From Candidatus Rokuibacteriota bacterium (GTDB lineage: Bacteria > JAUVQV01 > DATDCY01), in assembly GCA_031406795.1 (NCBI GenBank), contig JANOHV010000007.1, positions 48,574-112,573 of the forward strand: a DNA stretch of 64,000 nt, in the 5' to 3' direction. Below the pieces are notes generated by a model. It was not told the DNA's origin and did not search any database. It saw nothing but the letters and a program-made list of their open reading frames with translations. How positions within the stretch are numbered: position 1 is the first letter of the stretch; every line of letters starts with the position of its first letter. Below, in pieces: positions 46,719-56,645 of this stretch. A program made the position numbers and the translations under genes.

Positions 46719-47324
46719 GTGGCCATGGACACGTTTGCCGCCATCGAGCAGCGCCGCTCAGTCAAGCACTACGACCCGAACCACCGGATGACCGACGAGG
46801 AGGTCCGCAAGCTCATCGGGCTGGCGATCCTCTCGCCCACCTCGATCAACATGCAGAACTGGCGCTTCGTCGTCGCGCGCGACCCCGAGCTGCGCCGGCA
46901 GTTGCGCGCCGTCTCGTGGAACCAGGCCCAGGTGACGGACGCCTCGATCTGGGTGATCATCTGCGCCGACCTGCAGGCCTTCAAGAAGAAGCCGGAGCGC
47001 TACTGGCGCACGGCGCCGGCGGAGATCGCGAAGATGATGGTGCAGATGCTCGGGATGTACGAGGGGAAGGAGCAGCTGCAGCGCGACGAGGCGCTGCGCT
47101 CCTGCGGCATTGCGGCCCAGACGATCATGCTCGCCGCCAAGGCGATGGGGTACGACAGCTGCCCGATGGCCGGGTTCGACCCCGCGGCGGTCGGCACGCT
47201 GATCAACCTGCCGGTCGACCACGTGATCGGCATGGCGGTCGCGGTGGGCAAGCCGCTGCAGCCGGCGCGGCCGCGCGGCGGCCAGCTGCCGCTCGAGGAA
47301 GTGATGGTCTTCGACCGTTTCTAG
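46719..47324 (+). CDS. Nitroreductase-family protein (FMN-dependent NAD(P)H oxidoreductase)
   Basis: 201 aa. ..AIEQRRSVKHYDPNHRMTDEEVRKLIGLAILSPTSINMQNWRFVV...; classic nitroreductase N-terminus. Confidence 0.8.
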   Translation: MAMDTFAAIEQRRSVKHYDPNHRMTDEEVRKLIGLAILSPTSINMQNWRFVVARDPELRRQLRAVSWNQAQVTDASIWVIICADLQAFKKKPERYWRTAPAEIAKMMVQMLGMYEGKEQLQRDEALRSCGIAAQTIMLAAKAMGYDSCPMAGFDPAAVGTLINLPVDHVIGMAVAVGKPLQPARPRGGQLPLEEVMVFDRF

Positions 47325-47436
47325 CGCCGTGGCGATCGGCGAGGTGGGCCGGCTGGTCGGGGGGCGTCAAGCCCGCCGAGGCCGCTCCCGTCGCCAAGTG
47401 CCATTGCGCCGACCCATCCGGGGGAGGGTAGCGTCT

Positions 47437-49773
47437 TTACGCGTCCGCGGGCCCGGCGGGGGGCGCCTTCCTCGCGGCCGTCTTCTTGACGGCGGCCTTC
47501 TTCGGTGCGGCCTTTGCCGGCTTCTCCTTCGGCGCCGCAGCCTTTTTTGGTGCGGTCTTCCGCGGTGCCTTCTTCACGGCCGGCTCCTCCCGGGGAGCGG
47601 GGGCTTCCCGGGAGGCTTCCCCTGACGCCTGAGGGACGGGGGCTGCCGCGGGTGCCGGTGCCGCCGCCTCAGCGGCGCGCTCCACCGCCGGCGGGGGGAC
47701 GGCAGGCACTGCGAATGCCTCCCAGGCCTCGTCGTGGCGGACATTCGGAGCCCCGGCGCCGGACTCCGTCAGGACCGGCGGCGCTGTCTTCAGCTCGACG
47801 GCGGCCTGGTCTGACGGCCTCTCGCCCTTCGATCGTCTTCGCCGCCGCCTTTTTCGCCGGGATGACGCGGCGGCGTCAGCGTCTTCCTGCGCGGGCCCCG
47901 CGTCGGTTTGAGCGACCAGCGCTTCGCGGGACATCACCCGGGCTGCGGGCGGGAAATCATTCTCGGGAGCGACGTTCCCGCGGAACTCATTTTCGATCTT
48001 TTCGACCACCGATCCGATCGACGCTGCAGGGGGTGCTCCCCACTCCCGGGGGGACGGCTCCTGAGCGCTGCCGTCGTGCTTGCGGCCCCGCCGCCGGCGC
48101 TTGCGGCGGGAACGCTTCTCGCCGCCGGCCCCATTCCCGTGTTCCTGTGCCGGTCTGGGCGGTGCCGTTTCCCTGGGCGGCGCCGCATCCCTTCGTGGCG
48201 TCTCGGCCCGCTCCTCGTCCGCGGGAGCGATCGGCACGGCTGGGGAACGGTCGTCGTCTTCGTCGCCCGTGCGGCGCTCCGGCGCTCCGGGGACTTCCCA
48301 GGCGGGCACGTCGAACCACTCGTAGCGCTCCGTCGAGAGCTCCACGCCCGGGTCGCCGACGATCTCCACCACGATGCGGTAGGTCCTCTCGAGGTCGGCA
48401 AGCTCGCGGCGCCGGTTGTTCTGGACGAAATCAGCGACCTTCGAGTGCAGCACCACCTTCGCCCTGGCCAGTCGCCCGGTGGCTGCCCGGCCCTCGATGC
48501 GGCGCACCAGATTCAGGCTGAGCAGCTCGGGGCTGATGATCCGGCCGACACCCTCGCAGGTCGGGCAGATCCGGCGAGTCCGAAGCTGGAGGGCGCTCCT
48601 GATGCGCTGGCGGTTGATCTCGACCAGGCCGTTTTCGCCGATGCGCCCGATCTCGTGGCGGGCGTGGTCCGGCTTCATCGCCTCCCGCAAGGCCTTCTCC
48701 ACGTCGTGCCGGTGTGCGCGCGAGCGCATGTCGATGAAGTCCACGACCACCAGCCCGCCGATGTCGCGCAGCCGCAGCTGCCTCCCGACCTCGGCCGCGG
48801 CCTCGAGATTGGTATGGCTGGCCGTGTCGCCCTGATTCTTCCCGGCTTTCGACTTTCCGGAGTTGACATCGATCGCGGTCAGCGCCTCGGCGTGGTCGAT
48901 GACGATGGCGCCGCCGCTCGGCAGGCCGACGGTGCGGCTGTAGATCGAGGCGATCTGGGGTTCGACGTTGAATCGCGAGAAGAGGGGCATGGATTCGGCG
49001 TAGAGCTTGAGCGCGACCTTCGCGCGCGGCATCACCGCCTGGACGTACTTCTCCGCCTTGGCGAGGAGCTGTTCGTCGTCGATCAGGACCTCGGCGATCT
49101 GCGTGTCGAGGTTGTCGCGCAGCGAGTGGATCAGCAGGTCCTGGTCGTCGTACAGCAACTTCGCGCCCCGTCCCTGCGCCGTGTCGTCGACCACGGCCTT
49201 CCAGAGGCGCTTGAGCACCTGCAGGTCGGCCTTGAGGTCGGCCTTGGTCTGCTCGGCGGCGTTGGTGCGGACGATGACGCCCTCGCCCTCGTCCAGGTCG
49301 AGGTCCTTGGCCTTTTCGCGCAGCTTGCGGCGCAGCGCCTCGTCCTCGACCTTGCGGGAGACGCCGCGCTGCGCGTCGTACGGGAAGTAGACGAGAAAGC
49401 GGCCGGCGAGGCTGATGTTGGTCGTCAGCGTCGCGCCCTTGCCGCCCTCGGCGTCCCGCGTGACCTGCACGACCAGGGGCTGCCCCTTCTGGAGGATCTG
49501 GTCGATCGGTGCCGAGTCGCCCGCGTCGCGGTGAAACGCCTGGGGAATCACGTCGTGGCGGGTCAGAAAGCCGTGCTTCGCGTCGCCGTACTCGATGAAG
49601 CCGGCATTGAGGCTCCGCTCGATGTTGGCGACGACGCCGCGGTAGATGTTGCCGCGCTTGAGTGTGGCCTCGGTTCCCTCGACGTCGTAGAGCTGGAGGA
49701 CTCCCCCCTCCACGACGGCCACGCGAAGCTGCTCGGCGTGGCGTCCGTTGATCAGCATGATGCGGTTGCTCAT
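47437..49773 (-). CDS. rne: Ribonuclease E/G-family endoribonuclease with a long Arg/Ala/Pro/Lys-rich disordered C-terminal region (RNase E-like degradosome scaffold)
   Basis: 778 aa. S1 domain at the N-terminus (MLINGRHAEQLRVAVVEGGVLQLYDVE..GNIYRGVVANIERSLNAGFIEYG), catalytic core (..GGAIVIDHAEALTAIDVNSGKS..GGLVVVDFIDMRSRAHRHDVEKAL..), Zn-link CPTCEGVGRI, then a ~300-aa low-complexity tail. Confidence 0.85.
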   Translation of the reverse strand: MSNRIMLINGRHAEQLRVAVVEGGVLQLYDVEGTEATLKRGNIYRGVVANIERSLNAGFIEYGDAKHGFLTRHDVIPQAFHRDAGDSAPIDQILQKGQPLVVQVTRDAEGGKGATLTTNISLAGRFLVYFPYDAQRGVSRKVEDEALRRKLREKAKDLDLDEGEGVIVRTNAAEQTKADLKADLQVLKRLWKAVVDDTAQGRGAKLLYDDQDLLIHSLRDNLDTQIAEVLIDDEQLLAKAEKYVQAVMPRAKVALKLYAESMPLFSRFNVEPQIASIYSRTVGLPSGGAIVIDHAEALTAIDVNSGKSKAGKNQGDTASHTNLEAAAEVGRQLRLRDIGGLVVVDFIDMRSRAHRHDVEKALREAMKPDHARHEIGRIGENGLVEINRQRIRSALQLRTRRICPTCEGVGRIISPELLSLNLVRRIEGRAATGRLARAKVVLHSKVADFVQNNRRRELADLERTYRIVVEIVGDPGVELSTERYEWFDVPAWEVPGAPERRTGDEDDDRSPAVPIAPADEERAETPRRDAAPPRETAPPRPAQEHGNGAGGEKRSRRKRRRRGRKHDGSAQEPSPREWGAPPAASIGSVVEKIENEFRGNVAPENDFPPAARVMSREALVAQTDAGPAQEDADAAASSRRKRRRRRRSKGERPSDQAAVELKTAPPVLTESGAGAPNVRHDEAWEAFAVPAVPPPAVERAAEAAAPAPAAAPVPQASGEASREAPAPREEPAVKKAPRKTAPKKAAAPKEKPAKAAPKKAAVKKTAARKAPPAGPADA

Positions 49774-50146
49774 AGGTGCTCCCTTGTCCTGTGGGTGGGT
49801 GGCCGGGTTACGGGAGAGGCGCGGGACTTCCAGGGCCGGTTCCGGAACCGCCTGCCGGCCGACGATCGAAGAAAGCCGCCCGGCGACGCAATGGCGGGCG
49901 GCTATGCCGGGGTGGCAATGGCCACGAGCAACGGTCCTCTCACCAGACGCATGGAGCGTATTGTGACGATCCTGTCTCAGGTGTCAACCTCGATCGCGCC
50001 AGATCCCTCTGGAGACGACCTTTCTCGGTGTCGGAGAGATCGCCGATCTCCGGGTGAGCGCGACCGGACCGGTTCCCCAGCGGGCGGCTGTGCCTGTACC
50101 ATCGGCACAGCCGCCCCCATTCTCTGGAGGGAGTGAAAGCGCTCCT

Positions 50147-53100
50147 TTAGTTCAGCGTGAAGGTCGTCGTCCTGATGATGCCGTCCCAGGCAACGCCGTT
50201 CGTCACGTTGGTGACTCTTACCGTGTAGGTCCCCTTGACCGCGCCGCGCGACCGCCACTTGGCGATCGCGTACCCGCTCGTGGCGGTTGTCGAGGTCAAG
50301 GCCGTCACCAGCGCCCCGCTCGGCGCGAAGATCTGCTGCGTCACCGTCGCTCCGCTGACGCTGGCCGGCGGCGGCGGAACCGCGGTCACGTGCGCCCGGA
50401 CGTTGACGTCGGCCCCGGCGGCGAACGTGGTCTGCGGGGTGAAAGTGCCGCTTTTCGACACTGTTCCCGTCTGGAGCTGATCGACGCTCACCTGCTGGCC
50501 GATCTGAATCGTCGTCGTCACGGACGCCGAGCCGGGCAGATGGCCCGGTGCAGAGGCGGCGACGGTCGTGACATTGACCCCGCCGCCCTGGTTTCGGAGC
50601 GCCGTCACGGTAAGCGTGGCGGTGCCAGTCTCTCCCGCCGCTAGCGTGAGGGCAGTCGGCGCGATCGCCGACGGCGCGAAGTTCGTGGTATTGCTGTCAG
50701 CCGATGTCAGCGCGTAGGTCGCGGGCTGACAGCCGGAGCCGCTGTCGTTGTTCAGCACGCTGGCCGCGTACGTGACGCTGCCGCCATCCGTCGTGATCAG
50801 CCGCGAAGCGGGCGTGAGCGTCACGGTCGGGGCGGTGAAGTTGCAGTTGGCGCAGTCGGCGGCACAGTAGGTTGGGCCGCTCACCTGCTCCTGCCCTTCG
50901 CAGAGCCAGTCCCCGCAGCAGGCCGCCAGCCGCATCATGTCCCGGCAGAAGAAACCGGGTACCTCGCAGATCGGATCGAGGTTGGCGTCGAGTGTCTTGC
51001 AGCCGGCGGCCACGGTGCCGCAGCCGGGAGCGCAGTCGCCCGAACAATTCGTCGCGTTCTCGCCATCGCCGAGCTCGCAGAGCCGGTTGCCACAGAACGA
51101 GCCGAGGACGGCGGGGCAATCTCCCGGACAACTCACGCAGTCCTCGCCCCGTTCACAGATCCCGTTGCCGTTGCAGGCCAAGTTGACCACCTGGAACTGG
51201 CGCATCATCTCGTGGTCTTCATGCTCGATGATGTGGCAGTGGAAGGGATATCTGCCGTAGAAGTCCGGCGTCCCGGCGTGATCCGTGAAGCGGAGAACGA
51301 CTCTCGTGACCTGCCCGGGCATCGCCTTGACCGTGTCCTTCCAGGCGGCGGCCTCCAGCGGATCGGGGGGGATGATCGGCCCGGTCGGACTGCCATTGAC
51401 ATCGACCGCCTGGCGATTGACCACCTGGAACTCCACCAGGTGGATATGCATTGGGTGCATCACGGTGCTGGTGTTCCTGAACTCCCAGACCTCGGTGGAG
51501 CCGATGGGCGGGAATTCGGTGAGGTCGTCCCAGTGCTGGCCGAGGACGGCGCCGTTCCAGCCGCCGTTCAAGGTCTGGATCAGCCACTCTCCGCCGACGC
51601 ACGGCTCAGGAACGCGCTTGAGGTCGAAGTAGCGGTGAGAAGCGCCGGTCTGATTGAGCGGCTCGAAGTAGGGGAGCGTCGGCCGCAGCTGCGTGGCGAT
51701 CGCGCCGGTGAACCCGCTCCTCCTCCCGACGATGAACTTCAGTACGTTCTGGGTGCCGAAGGAGGGCGCCATGCCGGTCGGGAAGTCGGTGACGGCGCTG
51801 TTCTTCATAATGACTTCGGTGTTTCGTGCCAGACCTCCGAAATTCACGACGATGTCGAATCGCTCCGCCGGACCGAGCGTCAACTGCGTGATGGGCTGGC
51901 CGTTGGCCAGGGTCCGCGGCGTGTCGTAGAATCCGCCCTCGGTGGCGAGCACGGTGATCGGGAGCTGGGGCCGCGCGGCATTGGTGACGTTTACAAAGGA
52001 GATGGTGTAGGTGCGCGTGCTCGACCCGTTGAGAATCCTCAGGCGATACTTGCCCTGGTCGACGTTCAGATAGGGCCAGACCTTGCCATTCACGAGGATG
52101 TTGCTGCCGTGGAACATCTGGTTGCTGATGTCGAGCGCCGGCTCGTAGCGCAACGAGCCGTCGGGATAGAAGTCCCGGTCCTGGATCGCCAAGCCAAGCT
52201 CGTAGGGGCCGCTCGGCAGCTGGTTGGCGGCGATCAGACCGTTCTCGTACGCATCGCGCAGCAGGTAGAAGGCGGCCATGCCCATCGTCACGTTGAGCCG
52301 GGTGATGCCGAGGGCGTGATCGTGGAACCAGAGGGTCGTGGGTTCCTGGTTGTTCGGGTACTCATACGTGTCGGATGCGCCGGGGAAGAAGTCGTACTCC
52401 GGGTTTCCGTCGAATCTCGGGGGGACGTGTCCGCCGTGCAGATGCACGACGGTCCGCGGCGAGTCGCGCCACTCCATCGGCCCGTGCGGGCACGGGTCGA
52501 CCGGCATGTAATGGCTCGTCCGCAGCTGGCCGGTGTTCAAGTCGCGCAGGTCGTTGCTGTAATTCACGATGATCGGCTGATTCTGCTGCGCCACGATGGT
52601 CGGCCCGGGGTAGCTGCCGTTGTACCCCCAGACGGTCGTGTCCGGCAGGTCGCGGTGGAGGTTCTGGGTGAACTCGGTCATCGTGACGTTGTAGATCGGC
52701 TTGCCTTGGGGATCGGTCCCCACGGGCTGCAGGACCGGCGGAATCGGCAGAGGATCCCGCCACGGGACGAGCCCACAGCTGCTGCAGGCCTCGTTCGGTC
52801 CCTGGAACGTCCCGCCCAGCGCGGAACACTCCGTCACCGTCACGTTCTGGCACGTGAAGTTGATGTCCTCGGCCGGGATGCAGCAGGCCCCGGGCACGTC
52901 TGAAGCGCAGGTGGACGGTGCGCAGACATCCACGCCAGTCTGGAACGTGCCGCCGCGGGCCGTGCAGCCGGCGTCAGTGTCGAATGCGCACGAGTTGTCG
53001 GCCAGGCAACAGGCGTCGTAGGCCGGCGAAGGCGTCTGACCGTCGGGCGCCGTGAAGCTCACATCCAGGAGTGGAGGATCGGCCCCCTCCCGGGAGCTGA

Positions 53101-53743
53101 AGCGATAAGCCGTCTGGTTGGCGGCTTCATTGCCCAGCAGCAGCCAGCCGAAATTCGACGAGGGCGACCCGATCCAGCCCTGGACATCCGCAGTCAACCG
53201 CGTTCCGGTGAAGGTGTACGGCCCATTGGCGGTCCCGACGAGCGCCGAAGCGCTCGGGAGGGCCGCCGCATCCGTGGCGGCCCCGGGGACCGTCCAGGGC
53301 ACATGAGGGGCCCCGGTGATCCGATTGATCCACGTCGCGTCAGGAGGTACGGCTAGAGCGCCCTGTCCGGCGTTCGCGTCGCAATTGGAGGCCCCTTCTC
53401 CCCAATCCGCAAGCAGGTAATAGAGGTTAAACGTCTCGGCGTTCGCGGCCCGGGACCTGTCGGTGGTCAGGATCACGCTCGCCTGGGTCACCGTGGAGCC
53501 CGCCGGAATCGCCGCCGGGACGCCGAAGGAGATCAGGGCGCGGCGCACGGCATTTGAGGCATCCGTCCTGCCGGCGATGATCCCCGACCCGGCGCCGCAG
53601 CTGTTGTTTTCGAACTGTGCTCCCTGATAGATCGTATTGTCCTTGTTCGGGATGCCCACCCACTGTTCGGCAGATACGGTGCCGATGCCCACCGCGAGCA
53701 GCGCGGTCGTGGCTATCGCGCCCAGAAAGGCTATCTTCTTCAC
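50147..53743 (-). CDS. Large secreted multicopper oxidase (CotA/bilirubin-oxidase-like core with four Cu-binding His motifs) carrying an extra ~270-aa N-terminal beta-rich domain and C-terminal Cys-rich / Ig-like regions
   Basis: 1198 aa, signal peptide MKKIAFLGAIATTALLAVGIGTVSA. MCO motifs HLHGGH, WFHDH, HPMHIHL, HCHIIEHEDHEMM. N-terminal domain blocks (VRRALISF, ADWGEGAS, DATW, NFGWLLLGNEA, RFSSREGADPPLLDVSF) are paralogous to the adjacent gene 53833-54543. Confidence 0.8.
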   Translation of the reverse strand: MKKIAFLGAIATTALLAVGIGTVSAEQWVGIPNKDNTIYQGAQFENNSCGAGSGIIAGRTDASNAVRRALISFGVPAAIPAGSTVTQASVILTTDRSRAANAETFNLYYLLADWGEGASNCDANAGQGALAVPPDATWINRITGAPHVPWTVPGAATDAAALPSASALVGTANGPYTFTGTRLTADVQGWIGSPSSNFGWLLLGNEAANQTAYRFSSREGADPPLLDVSFTAPDGQTPSPAYDACCLADNSCAFDTDAGCTARGGTFQTGVDVCAPSTCASDVPGACCIPAEDINFTCQNVTVTECSALGGTFQGPNEACSSCGLVPWRDPLPIPPVLQPVGTDPQGKPIYNVTMTEFTQNLHRDLPDTTVWGYNGSYPGPTIVAQQNQPIIVNYSNDLRDLNTGQLRTSHYMPVDPCPHGPMEWRDSPRTVVHLHGGHVPPRFDGNPEYDFFPGASDTYEYPNNQEPTTLWFHDHALGITRLNVTMGMAAFYLLRDAYENGLIAANQLPSGPYELGLAIQDRDFYPDGSLRYEPALDISNQMFHGSNILVNGKVWPYLNVDQGKYRLRILNGSSTRTYTISFVNVTNAARPQLPITVLATEGGFYDTPRTLANGQPITQLTLGPAERFDIVVNFGGLARNTEVIMKNSAVTDFPTGMAPSFGTQNVLKFIVGRRSGFTGAIATQLRPTLPYFEPLNQTGASHRYFDLKRVPEPCVGGEWLIQTLNGGWNGAVLGQHWDDLTEFPPIGSTEVWEFRNTSTVMHPMHIHLVEFQVVNRQAVDVNGSPTGPIIPPDPLEAAAWKDTVKAMPGQVTRVVLRFTDHAGTPDFYGRYPFHCHIIEHEDHEMMRQFQVVNLACNGNGICERGEDCVSCPGDCPAVLGSFCGNRLCELGDGENATNCSGDCAPGCGTVAAGCKTLDANLDPICEVPGFFCRDMMRLAACCGDWLCEGQEQVSGPTYCAADCANCNFTAPTVTLTPASRLITTDGGSVTYAASVLNNDSGSGCQPATYALTSADSNTTNFAPSAIAPTALTLAAGETGTATLTVTALRNQGGGVNVTTVAASAPGHLPGSASVTTTIQIGQQVSVDQLQTGTVSKSGTFTPQTTFAAGADVNVRAHVTAVPPPPASVSGATVTQQIFAPSGALVTALTSTTATSGYAIAKWRSRGAVKGTYTVRVTNVTNGVAWDGIIRTTTFTLN

Positions 53744-53832
53744 GGACTCCCCCCTTGCCTCAATCCGCCTCGTGAAAGAACGCCCGTCCTTTGCCCTTGC
53801 CCCTCCTTTCTTGGTCCCTCCGCAGGATTCAC

Positions 53833-54543
53833 CTACTGTGGTCCGAATGCCTCCTCGGCCGTCTGCTCGCCGGGCAACCGGTAGGTCACCTCGAGGAGCG
53901 GCCGCAGCCTGGAGTTGGCATTCTCGCGGCTTGCGAAACGCTTGGCGTTCTGAAGCGTCGCTTCATCGCCGACAAGAATCCACCCGAAGTTGTGCTCCGG
54001 GTTGTTCAGCCACAGGCGAACATCCTGGACCAGATGGTTTGTGCTCGACCACTCGTAATAGCCGTTGCCCTCCACCTCCAGGCGGGCTGATTCCCGGCCG
54101 ATGAAATGCCCCCCGTCCTGCACCCAGAACGCGGAGTCGAAGAATGTGTGAATCCAGGTGGCATCCCCCGGCTCAGCGGGAGCTCCGCCGCCCCCGGAAG
54201 CGGCCGACGCTCCCTCGCCCCAGTCGTCCTGCACCCTGAACAGGGCGACCTCGCACTTGGCGGGATTGCCCTGCGACTGGTAGAGCGCCAACGACACGCT
54301 CTCGATGACGGCATCAAAGGGAAGGAGGGAAGCGACATCGAAGCGGATCAATCCACGCCGGATCGCTCTTCCTTCCTGATTGGTCCTCCCGACGAAAAAA
54401 TAGGGTCCCGCGCCGTTCGCCAGCACGCCGCCGGGATCCTCGATCAGTGTCGTGTCCCTGACCGCCTCAAAGTACTCGGTCGCGGCTGGGACGGACGATG
54501 GCAGGAGCAAGAGGAGCAACAGCACGGATCCCTTCTTGAACAT
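53833..54543 (-). CDS. Secreted ~236-aa protein paralogous to the N-terminal extra domain of the adjacent multicopper oxidase (possibly a DNRLRE-type jelly-roll domain)
   Basis: ORF 53833..54648, trimmed to MFKKGSVLLLLLLLPSSVPA (ATG 54543, AGGAGG SD). Shared blocks: IRRGLIRFDV, QDDWGEGAS, GDATWIH, HNFGWILVGDEATLQNAKRFASRENANSRLRPLLEVTY. Confidence 0.6.
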   Translation of the reverse strand: MFKKGSVLLLLLLLPSSVPAATEYFEAVRDTTLIEDPGGVLANGAGPYFFVGRTNQEGRAIRRGLIRFDVASLLPFDAVIESVSLALYQSQGNPAKCEVALFRVQDDWGEGASAASGGGGAPAEPGDATWIHTFFDSAFWVQDGGHFIGRESARLEVEGNGYYEWSSTNHLVQDVRLWLNNPEHNFGWILVGDEATLQNAKRFASRENANSRLRPLLEVTYRLPGEQTAEEAFGPQ

Positions 54544-54841
54544 GTGAACCTCCTGAGTTGTGGGGCTTCGGCAGCCTGTCAACGGGAAGCGACACGAAAT
54601 CGGTTCGTGGGCGGCTGCATCCGGTCGGTCCGAGAATAAACAATACATTCAATGCCTTGAGGCGTTGCGCTGGAGCTGCACCCCTGACTCATTCGTCAGC
54701 TTTCCTCAAGAAACCCGAGGCCAGAACAACGCGAACTCCCCAACCTTGGTCAGAGTTTGAATGTTTAAAGCTATTTACTGCATAATGCCCAGTCAATACC
54801 TGGAAGTAAGTAGTTCCTGCTTGATAAGTTGGCGGTGCGCC

Positions 54842-55207
54842 GTGAGCGCCGGCCTGACGCGGCTCGAGTTTCTCAAGTGCTCCGGCGCCGGTCTCACGCC
54901 GGCGGTCGTCTTCTCGCCCTTCAGCCTTCGCTCCGCCGGAGCCGAGGCCGTGTCTGAAACCAGCTTCCGGCCCAACGCCTGGCTGACCGTGCACCCCGGC
55001 GGGAGCGTGACCGTCGTCGTCGCCAAGTCCGAGATGGAACCGGGGGTCGCCACTTCGCTGCCGATGATCGTGGCCGACGAGCTCGAGGCGGATTGGCAGC
55101 GGTATGCTCCCCTGTCCTCTGGATCGGTGAGGGCTCTTGTTTTCGCGGCGATCGCCGCGTGTGCGGCCGGGCAGCCCGGCTCGGGTGCATCCGGAACGGC
55201 AGTATGA
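54842..55207 (+). pseudogene. N-terminal fragment (~90 aa incl. Tat-like signal) of a molybdopterin-dependent oxidoreductase beta subunit (IorB / xanthine-dehydrogenase family); the rest of the ~700-aa protein is absent
   Basis: (V)SAGLTRLEFLKCSGAGLTPAV...FRPNAWLTVHPGGSVTVVVAKSEMEPGVATSLPMIVADELEADW matches the IorB N-terminus (twin-Arg-like RxEFLK, then FxPNAWIRIxPDGTVTI..KSEMGQGV..LAMLVAEELDVDW); the frame then degenerates. Confidence 0.4.
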
Positions 55208-55219
55208 TAAACATGGTCT

Positions 55220-56005
55220 ATGACCGCGCCTGTGTTCCTCGTCCGCGAGGTACCCCGCTTCGGGCGCCCGCTCTTTCGTCTCGGGCTCTCGGGGTCCTTT
55301 GGGCTCGACGAGACGGCGTGCCGCGAGGCGCTCGAGCGGATGCAATACGTCTTCTGGACGCCTCGCATGAAGGGACTGACCCCCGCGCTTCGCGACGCGC
55401 TCGCGCGGGACCGGGACCGCTACGTGGTCGCCAGCGGGCCGCTGCTCGGGTTCTTTCCCGGCGCGCTGCGCAAGGCCGTGGAGAACGCGCGGCGGACCCT
55501 TCGCACCGATGTGATCGATGTCTTCCAGCTCTTCTGGCTCGGGAAGATGTCCGCATTCACGCGGGGCGTGCAGGCCGAGATGACCGCGCTGCGGGAGGAG
55601 GGGAAGGTGCGCTGGCTTTGCGTCTCGATCCACGATCGCCCGCGCGCGGGGCGGCTCGCCGCCGACTCGATCCTCGACGCGCTGATGATCCGCTACAACG
55701 CCGCGCATCCCGGCGCGGAGCAGGAAATCTTCCCGCACCTCGATGCGCGGCGTCCGGCGCTCGTCTGCTACACGGCCACCGCGTGGCGCAAGCTGCTGAA
55801 GGCGCCGAAAGGCTGGGACGGCCGGGTCCCGACCGCCGGCGACTGCTACCGTTTCGTGCTCTCCTCGCCGCACGTCGATGTTGCGCTCACGGGTCCGCGC
55901 ACGGTCGGACAGCTGCGGGAGAACCTCGACGCGGTGGAACGCGGCCCGCTTTCGGCCGAAGAGGATGGTTGGATTCGCGCGATCGGTCGAGCGGTGCATG
56001 GCTGA
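55220..56005 (+). CDS. Aldo/keto-reductase-like oxidoreductase (divergent, short)
   Basis: 261 aa. N-terminus ..VPRFGRPLFRLGLSGSFGLDETACREALERMQ resembles the AKR start (..LG.TGL.VS.LGLG..). Weak overall. Confidence 0.45.
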   Translation: MTAPVFLVREVPRFGRPLFRLGLSGSFGLDETACREALERMQYVFWTPRMKGLTPALRDALARDRDRYVVASGPLLGFFPGALRKAVENARRTLRTDVIDVFQLFWLGKMSAFTRGVQAEMTALREEGKVRWLCVSIHDRPRAGRLAADSILDALMIRYNAAHPGAEQEIFPHLDARRPALVCYTATAWRKLLKAPKGWDGRVPTAGDCYRFVLSSPHVDVALTGPRTVGQLRENLDAVERGPLSAEEDGWIRAIGRAVHG

Positions 56006-56370
56006 TCCCGCGCAGGGCACCGCCACAAAATACCGGTTTGTTGTATCAGATGCTTCGTAATTGAATAACGAGACAACCGTTTCCGGCCGGAGCTTCTCTT
56101 CACGGCAGGAAAATGGTGAATTTATTCAATTCCAGCCGCGGCGCCGGTGATCAGCAGAGTGGCAAGACCGCCCGATCGTCTCGAAATTGAACTGGCCCGG
56201 CCGCGGAATCATCAGGGAACTCCCCACCGGTCGCGTTGGCTATTCTCTATTATTTCAGATAGTTGCGGGTTACGCTCCGCTCCAAATCAGTCAATGGCAC
56301 GTCTGATGCAGAGGATCTTACAAAGATGGGCAAACCGGGCGATGGAATGCAAACCGAAAGGAGAACGAAC

Positions 56371-56550
56371 ATGAACAGCGGCGCGAAGGACAAAGTGGAA
56401 GGCACGTTTCACCAGGCGAAAGGCAAAGTCAAGGAAATGGCCGGGAGCATCACCGATAACCCGAAACTGAAGGCCGAGGGCACCGCCGAAAGAGTGGCCG
56501 GAAAAGTGCAGGAAAAGGTCGGCGAGGTCAAGAAGGTTCTGGGGAAGTAG
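56371..56550 (+). CDS. CsbD-family general stress protein (59 aa)
   Basis: Internal ATG of ORF 56263..56550 (AAAGGAGAACGAAC SD): MNSGAKDKVEGTFHQAKGKVKEMAGSITDNPKLKAEGTAERVAGKVQEKVGEVKKVLGK; canonical CsbD repeats. Confidence 0.75.
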   Translation: MNSGAKDKVEGTFHQAKGKVKEMAGSITDNPKLKAEGTAERVAGKVQEKVGEVKKVLGK

Positions 56551-56584
56551 CGGGAGCTGCGCCCTGGCAGCCGACGAAGATGAG

Positions 56585-56622
56585 CCCTCCCCCCGCGTCC
56601 AACGGGGGGAGGGCTTTTCGTG
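56585..56622. terminator. Rho-independent terminator (GCCCTCCCCCCG-cgtccaa-CGGGGGGAGGGC-TTTTCGTG) after csbD; probably bidirectional with the convergent lipoprotein gene
   Basis: Perfect 12-bp GC stem followed by a T-tract. Confidence 0.8.
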
Positions 56623-56645
56623 TCGCCGGCGCGTTCCAAATCCGA

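Noticed and set aside
47505-50136. ORFs 47505..48521 (+) and 47908..50136 (+) opposite RNase E
   Set aside because: Antisense artefacts over rne, which has unmistakable S1/RNase E core motifs.
51212-52903. 563-aa plus-strand ORF inside the multicopper oxidase gene, and other internal ORFs (50697..51131, 51219..51602, 52362..52853)
   Set aside because: Antisense or alternative frames of the MCO gene.
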